This document shows, one piece after another, positions 1 to 7,851 of a DNA stretch of 64,000 nucleotides. Made by a program: the position numbers and the translations under genes. Below the pieces are notes generated by a model that worked only from the letters and a program-made list of their open reading frames with translations, was not told the origin of the DNA and made no database searches. This DNA is from Actinomycetota bacterium. Its GTDB lineage: Bacteria; Margulisbacteria; Marinamargulisbacteria; GCA-2716485; GCA-002719695. Each line of letters begins with the position of its first letter. The first letter of the stretch is position 1. The DNA lies in assembly GCA_002697535.1 (NCBI GenBank), contig NZWE01000012.1, forward strand, positions 8,713 through 72,712. Reading direction: 5' to 3'.

Positions 1-153
1 GACCGATTGTGAACATATTATCTTATAGTTCCTTTTAAATATACATTTTTGTAGCTATTACTTTTTTATAACTATGTATCTTTTAATTTATTATATTATT
101 TGTTCAAACTTATTTTTTATATTTATATACAAAAAATTATATAAAATAGGTTA

Positions 154-1020
154 TCATAGATGACTTAAAAAAACTAATAAGGCTTTTTGTGCGTGGTAGC
201 GATTTTCTGCTTGGTCAAACACTTTTGATTGAGGTCCTGTTAAAACAGCATCTGTAATTTCTTCATCTCTATGGGCTGGTAAGCAGTGCATGATAATGGC
301 GGTTTTGGGTGCTGATTGTAAGAGTGTTTCATTAAGTTGATAGGGTTGTAATTGATCGAGTAAGCTTTCATCTGTTTTTGCACCCATTGATACCCAGGTA
401 TCGGTATAAATAACATCGGCCTGTTCGATAGCTTGTTTGGGATCAGCTTCATAGTGAACCCCTGTTAATGGCTTGTTACTTTGTTTGGGCGAACTAATGG
501 TACAAATCATACCCGTAGCGAGACACACTTCAGCTAATGATCGCGATACATTATTATCGTCACCTAAATAGGTTACCTTAATATCTTCTAAGCGGTTAAA
601 ATGCTCGTATATCGTCAATGCATCCGCTAATGCCTGGCATGGGTGAGATAAATCCGTTAATCCATTTATAACTGAAATAGACGCCCTTTTAGCAAACTGG
701 GTTATATAATTATGTTCAAAGGTACGAATCATAACCATATCGATATAGCGTGATAATACGGTAGCAACATCATCGATTGATTCTCGTTTACCTAACTGTA
801 TTTCGTCTTGTTGTAAGGTGATACAATGGCCACCCAGATGATGAATTGCCATTTCAAAAGAAACACGCGTTCTTAGGGATGGTTTTTCAAAGATAAGGCC
901 TACTGTTTTATTATTTAATTCCTTACCTCGATAATTATCTTTTTTTAATTGATGTGCTGACATGATTAGGGCCTTAATTACGTCATTGCTATAATCACTA
1001 ATATCAATAAAATGTTTCAT
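154..1020 (-). CDS. argF: ornithine carbamoyltransferase
   Basis: 288-aa ORF with carbamoyl-phosphate motif SLRTRVSFE, plus HPCQALAD, TDTWVSMG and HCLPAHR (OTC-type rather than ATCase HPLPR). Last gene of the argC-J-B-F run. Confidence 0.85.
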   Translation of the reverse strand: MKHFIDISDYSNDVIKALIMSAHQLKKDNYRGKELNNKTVGLIFEKPSLRTRVSFEMAIHHLGGHCITLQQDEIQLGKRESIDDVATVLSRYIDMVMIRTFEHNYITQFAKRASISVINGLTDLSHPCQALADALTIYEHFNRLEDIKVTYLGDDNNVSRSLAEVCLATGMICTISSPKQSNKPLTGVHYEADPKQAIEQADVIYTDTWVSMGAKTDESLLDQLQPYQLNETLLQSAPKTAIIMHCLPAHRDEEITDAVLTGPQSKVFDQAENRYHAQKALLVFLSHL

Positions 1021-1033
1021 AGGGTGACTCGTT

Positions 1034-1897
1034 TTAGTTATCTTTGATCATGGTACCGATACCAGAATCGGTAAACAGTTCTAGTAATACGGCATGTTCA
1101 ATAGTTCCGTTAATAATATGCACATCTTGCACGCCATGTTTAATGGCGTTCATGGCACAGGTTAATTTAGGTAACATCCCACCTTTTACATCTGGATGTG
1201 TTAATAACGTTTTAGCTTGTTTGCTACTTATTTGTACTTGTAGTTTCTTTTCAATCACCAATCCTTTCACATCAGTTAAAAACACTAATTTTTGGGCGTC
1301 TAAAGAAGAGGCAATGGCTTCGGCAACATGATCAGCGTTCATATTTAATCCTTCAAAACAATCGGATTGACCGATAGATGATATCACGGGAATAAACCCA
1401 TCGGCTGATAGTGTGTGAATAAGAGTATTATCTACGTTAGTAATATCCCCTACAAAACCTAATTTTTTATATTTTTCAGATTCGTGACGTTTACCAAAAA
1501 ATAGAGGTCCATCTTTTCCAGATAAGCCAACAGCTTTACCGCCTTCACGATTAATTAGTGATACAATTTCAGAATTAATTTTTCCTACTAAAACCATTTC
1601 AGTAATTTCCAAAGTTTCTGAATCTGTTACACGTAACCCGTCAATAAATTCGGCTTCTTTTCCTAATTTATCCATCCATTTTGTAATTTCTTTTCCACCA
1701 CCATGAACGATAATGGGATTAAGTCCCACATATTTTAATAAGGCAATATCGCGAGCAAACTGATGTTTAAGATCATCATTAATCATGATCGATCCACCGT
1801 ATTTAATTACCACTGTTTTACCAGAAAATTTACGAATATAGGGCAACGCTTCTAATAAGATTGTTGCGCGTTCCATTTTATCTTCGAGTGACATCAT
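1034..1897 (-). CDS. argB: acetylglutamate kinase
   Basis: 287-aa amino-acid-kinase fold signature VVIKYGGS...IVHGGG. Lies between argJ and argF. Confidence 0.9.
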   Translation of the reverse strand: MMSLEDKMERATILLEALPYIRKFSGKTVVIKYGGSIMINDDLKHQFARDIALLKYVGLNPIIVHGGGKEITKWMDKLGKEAEFIDGLRVTDSETLEITEMVLVGKINSEIVSLINREGGKAVGLSGKDGPLFFGKRHESEKYKKLGFVGDITNVDNTLIHTLSADGFIPVISSIGQSDCFEGLNMNADHVAEAIASSLDAQKLVFLTDVKGLVIEKKLQVQISSKQAKTLLTHPDVKGGMLPKLTCAMNAIKHGVQDVHIINGTIEHAVLLELFTDSGIGTMIKDN

Positions 1898-3081
1898 TAG
1901 TTATACTCCGTATTTATATCAATATAACCTTTTGTTAAATCACAGCCCCATGCAGTAGCTGTTGCGTTTCCAATTGCACAATCAATGGTAATGATTACTT
2001 TACTTGTTTGTAGTTGTTTTTTTAGTTTGGTTCTAGCGATATCTGTTGGTTGTCCATTATTGATAATAGTTTCATTACCTAGCATCACCTGTATTTTATC
2101 AGGATTTAATTTGACAGTATGATTTTTTCCAATAGCCATTATTAATCGTCCCCAATTTGGATCTTCACCATGAATTGCTGTTTTTACTAAAGGCGAATCA
2201 CACACTTGTTTCGCAATTTGTTGAGCATCGCTATAACGAGCAGCATGGATGACGCGAACTTCTATTAATTTGCTTGCACCTTCTCCATCTTTAGCAATTT
2301 GCATCGCTAAATCAATACATGCCTCATCTAAACAATTTTGAAACGCATTAATTTGTTCTGGATCGTGTTGATTAATGGCGTATTCACCGCTAGCAAAACA
2401 AACGACCATATCATTGGTAGATGTATCTGTATCTACGCTAAGCATATTATATGACTTATTAATTGCCTTGGTTAAACACTGTTGTAAGATTTCTTGATTT
2501 AACTTTACGTTAGTTACTAAAAAGCCTAATGTTGTGGCCATATTAGGGGCAATCATACCGCTTCCTTTTGTAATCCCTGCAATTTGAATTGTTTTTTTAC
2601 CAATTTTTGCTTGTTTAAAGGTTGATTTAGGAACTAAGTCAGTGGTTAAGATACTTTCAGCTAACTGGTTACCTTGTTTATCTTCTTTTTGTTTACATAA
2701 GGTGATAATACCAGTTTCGATATGATTCATTGGTAAAGGTTTGCCAATGATCCCGGTTGAGGCGACCCCAACTTCGTTGGGATTTAGACCAAGTAACTTA
2801 GCGGTTTGACTAGCCATCAGTTTGGTATTTAGATTACCTTGTTTACCGGTAACAGCATTAGCATTACCAGAATTGATAATCATGGCTTTTAAGGTATATC
2901 GTTTTAAGCACTTTTGAGTATAGGAAACTGAAGATGCTTTAAATTTATGTTGGGTAAATACGGCAGCTGCTGCTACAGCATTAGGCACGTATAGTAGTCC
3001 TAAATCTAAGCCCTTACTTTTGATTCCAGATTCAATAGCTGATGCATAAACGCCGTTTATATCCGTAATTGATTGTGCCAT
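1897..3081 (-). CDS. argJ: bifunctional ornithine acetyltransferase / N-acetylglutamate synthase
   Basis: 394-aa ArgJ-like ORF with the autoprocessing-site region PNMATTLGF. Its end shares base 1897 with the argB start. Confidence 0.9.
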   Translation of the reverse strand: MAQSITDINGVYASAIESGIKSKGLDLGLLYVPNAVAAAAVFTQHKFKASSVSYTQKCLKRYTLKAMIINSGNANAVTGKQGNLNTKLMASQTAKLLGLNPNEVGVASTGIIGKPLPMNHIETGIITLCKQKEDKQGNQLAESILTTDLVPKSTFKQAKIGKKTIQIAGITKGSGMIAPNMATTLGFLVTNVKLNQEILQQCLTKAINKSYNMLSVDTDTSTNDMVVCFASGEYAINQHDPEQINAFQNCLDEACIDLAMQIAKDGEGASKLIEVRVIHAARYSDAQQIAKQVCDSPLVKTAIHGEDPNWGRLIMAIGKNHTVKLNPDKIQVMLGNETIINNGQPTDIARTKLKKQLQTSKVIITIDCAIGNATATAWGCDLTKGYIDINTEYN

Positions 3082-3083
3082 AA

Positions 3084-4091
3084 CTATACTCGTTGTGCGA
3101 CTAAAGGGAGTCCTGCAGTTTCAGATAAGCCAAACATTAGATTCATGGATTGAATGGCATTTCCACCAGCCCCTTTAATAAGGTTATCAATGACGGTAAT
3201 GATAATAGCGTGATTATCAGAGACTTGGTTAATAGTAATATTAGCCATATTGGAACCGACAACATCCTGAGTAGAAGGTAATGTTTTTTGAATGGAAATA
3301 CTGACACAGGGTGCATACTCGTAAGCGGACTGGTAACACTTAGCAATAGAGTCTATGGTTTGTTTATTGTTAAGTTCGATGTATGAGGATACAAGAATAC
3401 CGCGATTCATGGGTACTAAATGAGGTGAAAAAATCATAGGACAAGGACAATTTTCTTCAAACTCGGCCATATGTCGATGTTGATTGGTTTGGTAGGCACT
3501 TAAATGCTCGTTAGCATTAGCATACAAGAAATTTTCTTTTAAGGCTTTTCCAGCACCACTCACACCAGATTTAGCATCAATTACAGCGTGCTTTATTAGG
3601 TTTTGATCAGTTAATGGTTTTAAGGATAAAATTGTAGCAATGGCATAGCAGCCAGGATTGGCTACTAATTGACTAGTTTTAATCTTATCAGAATAAAATT
3701 CATTTAAGCCATAGACAGCATTATTTAGTATATCTTTACAGGAATGATCGTTCTGGTAATGAGTTTTGTAACGTTGTTCAGATTGCAGACGAAAATCAGC
3801 TGACAAATCAATAATTTTATAAGACTGTTTTATGATATCAGCCATGATAGGATGAACGTGGGTATGAGGTAAGGCAATGATTAAACAATCAATTTCATAG
3901 GATTGTGTTGGCTCAAATACATCACATGTTTTAGGTATTGAGTTAGACTCACCTAAATAACGATGAATATCTGTATCTGATTCACGTAAAGCAAACAAGT
4001 GAGTGATGGTCACATCAGGATGAAATTGTAACAGACGAACGCATTCAAACCCTGTAAATCCTGATGCTCCTAAAATAGCAACCTTTAACAT
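3084..4091 (-). CDS. argC: N-acetyl-gamma-glutamyl-phosphate reductase
   Basis: N-terminal Rossmann motif ILGASGFTG and active-site motif NPGCYA. 335 aa. Confidence 0.9.
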   Translation of the reverse strand: MLKVAILGASGFTGFECVRLLQFHPDVTITHLFALRESDTDIHRYLGESNSIPKTCDVFEPTQSYEIDCLIIALPHTHVHPIMADIIKQSYKIIDLSADFRLQSEQRYKTHYQNDHSCKDILNNAVYGLNEFYSDKIKTSQLVANPGCYAIATILSLKPLTDQNLIKHAVIDAKSGVSGAGKALKENFLYANANEHLSAYQTNQHRHMAEFEENCPCPMIFSPHLVPMNRGILVSSYIELNNKQTIDSIAKCYQSAYEYAPCVSISIQKTLPSTQDVVGSNMANITINQVSDNHAIIITVIDNLIKGAGGNAIQSMNLMFGLSETAGLPLVAQRV

Positions 4092-4093
4092 GA

Positions 4094-4456
4094 TTACTTT
4101 TTATTATCAGCTTTTACTTTTAATCGATTTGCTTTTGCGCCAACTCTATCACGCAAATAATATAATTTTGCACGACGTATTTTAGCTTCTTTAAGAATGT
4201 CTACTTTTGGTACTAATGGCGAATGTAATAAAAATGTTTTTTCGACACCAACACCGTCAATAATTTTACGTACTGTAAACGATTCTCTTGATAACGATCC
4301 TTTCTTTTTGATGACTGTACCTTGAAAGCGTTGTGTACGTTGTTTTTTTCCTTCCATAATAACTTTATGAACGATAACACTATCACCAACTTTTATTGAT
4401 GGAACATTCTCTTTACACTGACTTTTTTCAAATTCTTGTATCTCTTTATTTGTCAT
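4094..4456 (-). CDS. rplS: 50S ribosomal protein L19
   Basis: 120-aa basic protein with typical L19 sequence (VGDSVIVH...EGKKQRTQRFQGTVI). Follows trmD. Confidence 0.9.
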   Translation of the reverse strand: MTNKEIQEFEKSQCKENVPSIKVGDSVIVHKVIMEGKKQRTQRFQGTVIKKKGSLSRESFTVRKIIDGVGVEKTFLLHSPLVPKVDILKEAKIRRAKLYYLRDRVGAKANRLKVKADNKK

Positions 4457-5201
4457 TTTTTTTCACCGCCATTTCTTTTAATATCTCTGTTATTATATTT
4501 TTTTGTTGACTTGTTATTTCTTTATTCCCTATTAAATCCAGTCTATTAATCAAGGTATTTTTTAATGCTGTTTTTTCTTTATAGATACTAACAGCTTTAT
4601 GATTTCCTGATCGCAATAATTCGGGTACTGACACATCCTTAACAGTTACAGGTTGTGTATATTGATTACTCTCTAACAAACCTGTGTAATGAGATTCATC
4701 ATCAATACATTCTTTATTGCCTAATACGCCTGCTTCTTGTCGAATTAATGTTTCAGCAATAACAGCAGCTGCACAATCGCCGTTATTCACTATGTAATCG
4801 CCAATTGAAACAGGTTCAATAGGTAACAAATCAAAGATCCGCTGATCAATCCCTTCATAATAACCAGAAATCAAAATGATTTCTTTTTGTGATTGATACA
4901 GTTGCCTACTTACAGCTTGATTAAACACCAAACCTTTAGGACAGGTATATATTATACGCATGTTTTGATAATCTTCAATACTTGTTACTGCATCGTAAAC
5001 GACATCGGCACGTAGTAACATGCCTTTTTTATTAGAAAAAGGATAATCGTCAATCTTTTTATGTTTACCTATTCCATAGTCTCGTAGGTCATACAATTTC
5101 ATATAAAACAAGCCCTTGTCTAGGGCTTGTTTTATAATTCCTTTAGCTATAAATGCTTCTAATTCCTGTTTAAAACAGGTAATAAAATGCAGGGATAACA
5201 C
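4446..5201 (-). CDS. trmD: tRNA (guanine37-N1)-methyltransferase
   Basis: 251-aa ORF with TrmD pattern (DLRDYG..KHKKIDDYPF...GYYEGIDQR...SIGDYIVNNGD). Canonical position upstream of rplS. Confidence 0.9.
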   Translation of the reverse strand: MLSLHFITCFKQELEAFIAKGIIKQALDKGLFYMKLYDLRDYGIGKHKKIDDYPFSNKKGMLLRADVVYDAVTSIEDYQNMRIIYTCPKGLVFNQAVSRQLYQSQKEIILISGYYEGIDQRIFDLLPIEPVSIGDYIVNNGDCAAAVIAETLIRQEAGVLGNKECIDDESHYTGLLESNQYTQPVTVKDVSVPELLRSGNHKAVSIYKEKTALKNTLINRLDLIGNKEITSQQKNIITEILKEMAVKKNDK

Positions 5202-5204
5202 GTT

Positions 5205-5642
5205 TTAAGATTTGGCAGTTACTTTATCAAACTGAGATGAAGAAGCTGTTATTTTAGTGATAACACCATCTTTAACAATAATTTCAACACCACCTAATTT
5301 TTCATACAAATTATCGCCTGTACTAACTGTTACAAACCCTTCTACGGGACCTTGAGAATATTCAGAATCTAAATCTAAATCATTAATAAATGAACGTTGA
5401 CTTGCTTCAGATTGAATATACTGATCCGCTTCCTGCTTTTCAGCTTGTACTTGTGCTGCAGCTGGATCTGTTGGCGGTAATGCATTTAAGCGAGCTGTAA
5501 TATCGGCTAGTTTATTTTTATAAAACTTAACATTTTCTTCTAGCTCGTATTTTAAAAACTCTTTAAACTTCGGTGTTACAACAGCTTTTGTGACTACCTG
5601 ACGTTTTAAAATAATCTGTGCTTTTTTTGCTTTTTCTGCCAT
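5205..5642 (-). CDS. YlqD-like protein (uncertain), in the slot normally held by rimM
   Basis: 145-aa ORF with a coiled-coil N-terminal half and a C-terminal VTVSTGDNLYEKLGGVEIIVKDGVITKI. This resembles my recollection of the YlqD family in Bacillus-type rpsP-ylqC-ylqD-rimM-trmD operons. No RimM G.HG..GE.KV motif is present. Confidence 0.45.
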   Translation of the reverse strand: MAEKAKKAQIILKRQVVTKAVVTPKFKEFLKYELEENVKFYKNKLADITARLNALPPTDPAAAQVQAEKQEADQYIQSEASQRSFINDLDLDSEYSQGPVEGFVTVSTGDNLYEKLGGVEIIVKDGVITKITASSSQFDKVTAKS

Positions 5643-5657
5643 TTTCTTATCCTTTTA

Positions 5658-5894
5658 TCATTTCTGTGTAAGTATTTCTACCGTAACTTTTTTATCTAAT
5701 TTTGCGGCAGCTGCTTTTACAACAGTACGAATTGCGTTGGCAATTCTACCTTCTTTTCCAATTACTTTTCCGACATCTTCAGGAGAAACAGTGATTTCTA
5801 AAATCATAATACTTTCTCCGGATGTTTCATTGATTGATACCTCATCTGGATAATCAACTAGCGACCTTACGATCATTTCTACTAAACTTTTCAT
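5658..5894 (-). CDS. KH-domain RNA-binding protein (YlqC/UPF0109 family)
   Basis: 78-aa ORF with the KH GxxG loop VGKVIGKEGRIANAIRTVV. Directly downstream of rpsP. Confidence 0.85.
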   Translation of the reverse strand: MKSLVEMIVRSLVDYPDEVSINETSGESIMILEITVSPEDVGKVIGKEGRIANAIRTVVKAAAAKLDKKVTVEILTQK

Positions 5895-5948
5895 CTTACA
5901 CCACTTCCTTTTATTTCTACAGTTTATCTAATTATACTATATATCAAA

Positions 5949-6269
5949 TTATGATTCGTCCAAAGCAGAAGATTTCTTTCTATCTTTTTTTGCTACTTTT
6001 TGATTAGATGATTGTAATGGTTTAGCTTTCATTAAACCTAACCCAGTTAATAAGCGCTTTACGGTCTCTGTTGGTTGCGCGCCAACGGATATCCAGTAAT
6101 TAATACGTTCTTCTTTTACAGTTACAACAACAGGATCCTGAGTAGGATTATATTGACCTATATCTTCAATTGTTTTTCCATCACGAGGATTTTTTTGATC
6201 GGCAACTACTATTCTGTAAATTGGTTTTTTCTTTTTTCCAAATCGTTTTAATCTTATTCTTACTGACAT
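5949..6269 (-). CDS. rpsP: 30S ribosomal protein S16
   Basis: N-terminus [24 protein letters not shown] is canonical S16. 106 aa with a basic C-terminal extension. Confidence 0.9.
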   Translation of the reverse strand: MSVRIRLKRFGKKKKPIYRIVVADQKNPRDGKTIEDIGQYNPTQDPVVVTVKEERINYWISVGAQPTETVKRLLTGLGLMKAKPLQSSNQKVAKKDRKKSSALDES

Positions 6270-6328
6270 ATACGCCTCCTAGGTAGAGCCTAGCTTAACA
6301 AACCTTGCTTTCTTGGTCAATATTAGTC

Positions 6329-7834
6329 TTATTGTGGAGGAGGCTGTGTTGAAACAGGTATTCCATAGGCCGCTACGCCATATGTAAATTTCTGAGCAGT
6401 TAAAGATGCTGTAGTATATATCTCATCTTGGGTGTTGGTGCCTGCATTGGCCATATTACAAAACTTTATATATCTACTTATATTTTTATCAGTATCCGCA
6501 TTAAAAGCTTCTACAAACATAAATGTAAACGATGCATTTTGATTATAATTTGATTGAAAATCAAATATACCGGTATTCGATACACCTTTTCTGGTAGCCC
6601 CAATATCATCATCAGGGTTTGCTAAGCAGTCCGGGTTAGTATTTGTGCCATCGTGAACTTCCATCCAATACACACCATGCGCGTTATGCGTTTGTAAGGC
6701 TGTTAAATAGCCAATATAGGATACCATAAACCCTTTTACACTATCATCAGCAGCAGCAGTAGCAGCAGCAGCATCACAGCTTGAATCATCACTATCACCA
6801 ATAAGATATGTTCCCCCATTATCCCCTCTACATTTATCCATATTTACATCTAAATATACTTCTAATGCGGGTTGGTCTTTGGGTACGTTGTTAGTTGTCT
6901 CAGTGGATCCTGTTCTAAATTGAACAAACCCTACTAAACCAAATATTTTACCTACAACAACATCACCTTTTATAAACATTCCTTTACCTGCACCATCATC
7001 TGGACAATGATCCATTGCACCAGGGTCTTCCAATGCTGTCTCTTGATTGATACATACTTGTCCTCCACTGCCAGGAAGATCCCTTACTAGCACATGATCC
7101 GTTAAATACGTATTTCCGGGTGGATAATACAATGTATTAGTTGTATCATCTTTTTTAGTTTGACGTATGGCATTGATACTAAATGGTTGTGGTACAGTTG
7201 GTTCTAACGACCAGTCAACTGACTCAAAGGCGCCCATCGTTAATAGATTTTTCTCTGAATCATTATAAATCCAGACAGATTCTCCATAACGTGAATTTCC
7301 TACTTGTAAATTAGAATACGCTTGAGGAATTTTCTTAACGGTCTGGTTAGCTAGAGTTTCTACTGTTATATCTCCCAAAGCTCCTCCCTTTGCTACCTGT
7401 AATAAGCAGTTAGTAGGGCAATCATCTGCTTCTACTTTCTTCTTGGTAAACCCTTGTATACTTCCTACTATAGATGGTGGACTTAAAAATTCACCTATAT
7501 ACTTACTTACCATAATTCTTAATTTTCTAGCATCTTCATCTGGGTTTACATTAATTCCTATATTCATCGTTCCAGGTACAGGATTTGTTGCAAAGCTAGT
7601 ATAATATTGACCGTATGTATACTCACACTCTACAGGTTCTATTTTTAATGTTTTTTTGTAGCATACGTTTTTTGGAATGGGAGATGTCATACCAGCTTCT
7701 GTATTAACATCATCTTGAATATAATGTCCTGTATCAAAAACCACTTCATTTGGTCTTACTGTATTAAAACCATAAGTTGATATACCGAAAATGATTATAA
7801 ATATTGCTATAAAAATTTTTGTTAATAACCGCAT
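6329..7834 (-). CDS. secreted protein of unknown function (501 aa)
   Basis: N-terminal signal-like segment MRLLTKIFIAIFIIIFGISTYG. G/D/T/N-rich with many Cys and no motif I recognise. Starts 17 nt after the upstream 953-aa gene. Confidence 0.7.
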   Translation of the reverse strand: MRLLTKIFIAIFIIIFGISTYGFNTVRPNEVVFDTGHYIQDDVNTEAGMTSPIPKNVCYKKTLKIEPVECEYTYGQYYTSFATNPVPGTMNIGINVNPDEDARKLRIMVSKYIGEFLSPPSIVGSIQGFTKKKVEADDCPTNCLLQVAKGGALGDITVETLANQTVKKIPQAYSNLQVGNSRYGESVWIYNDSEKNLLTMGAFESVDWSLEPTVPQPFSINAIRQTKKDDTTNTLYYPPGNTYLTDHVLVRDLPGSGGQVCINQETALEDPGAMDHCPDDGAGKGMFIKGDVVVGKIFGLVGFVQFRTGSTETTNNVPKDQPALEVYLDVNMDKCRGDNGGTYLIGDSDDSSCDAAAATAAADDSVKGFMVSYIGYLTALQTHNAHGVYWMEVHDGTNTNPDCLANPDDDIGATRKGVSNTGIFDFQSNYNQNASFTFMFVEAFNADTDKNISRYIKFCNMANAGTNTQDEIYTTASLTAQKFTYGVAAYGIPVSTQPPPQ

Positions 7835-7851
7835 TTTTTCTCCCTTAATGA

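Noticed and set aside
5205-5642. Calling this ORF rimM on positional grounds.
   Set aside because: The sequence lacks the RimM N-terminal G.HG..GE.KV motif and a PRC-barrel-like C-terminus. It is coiled-coil-rich and YlqD-like instead.
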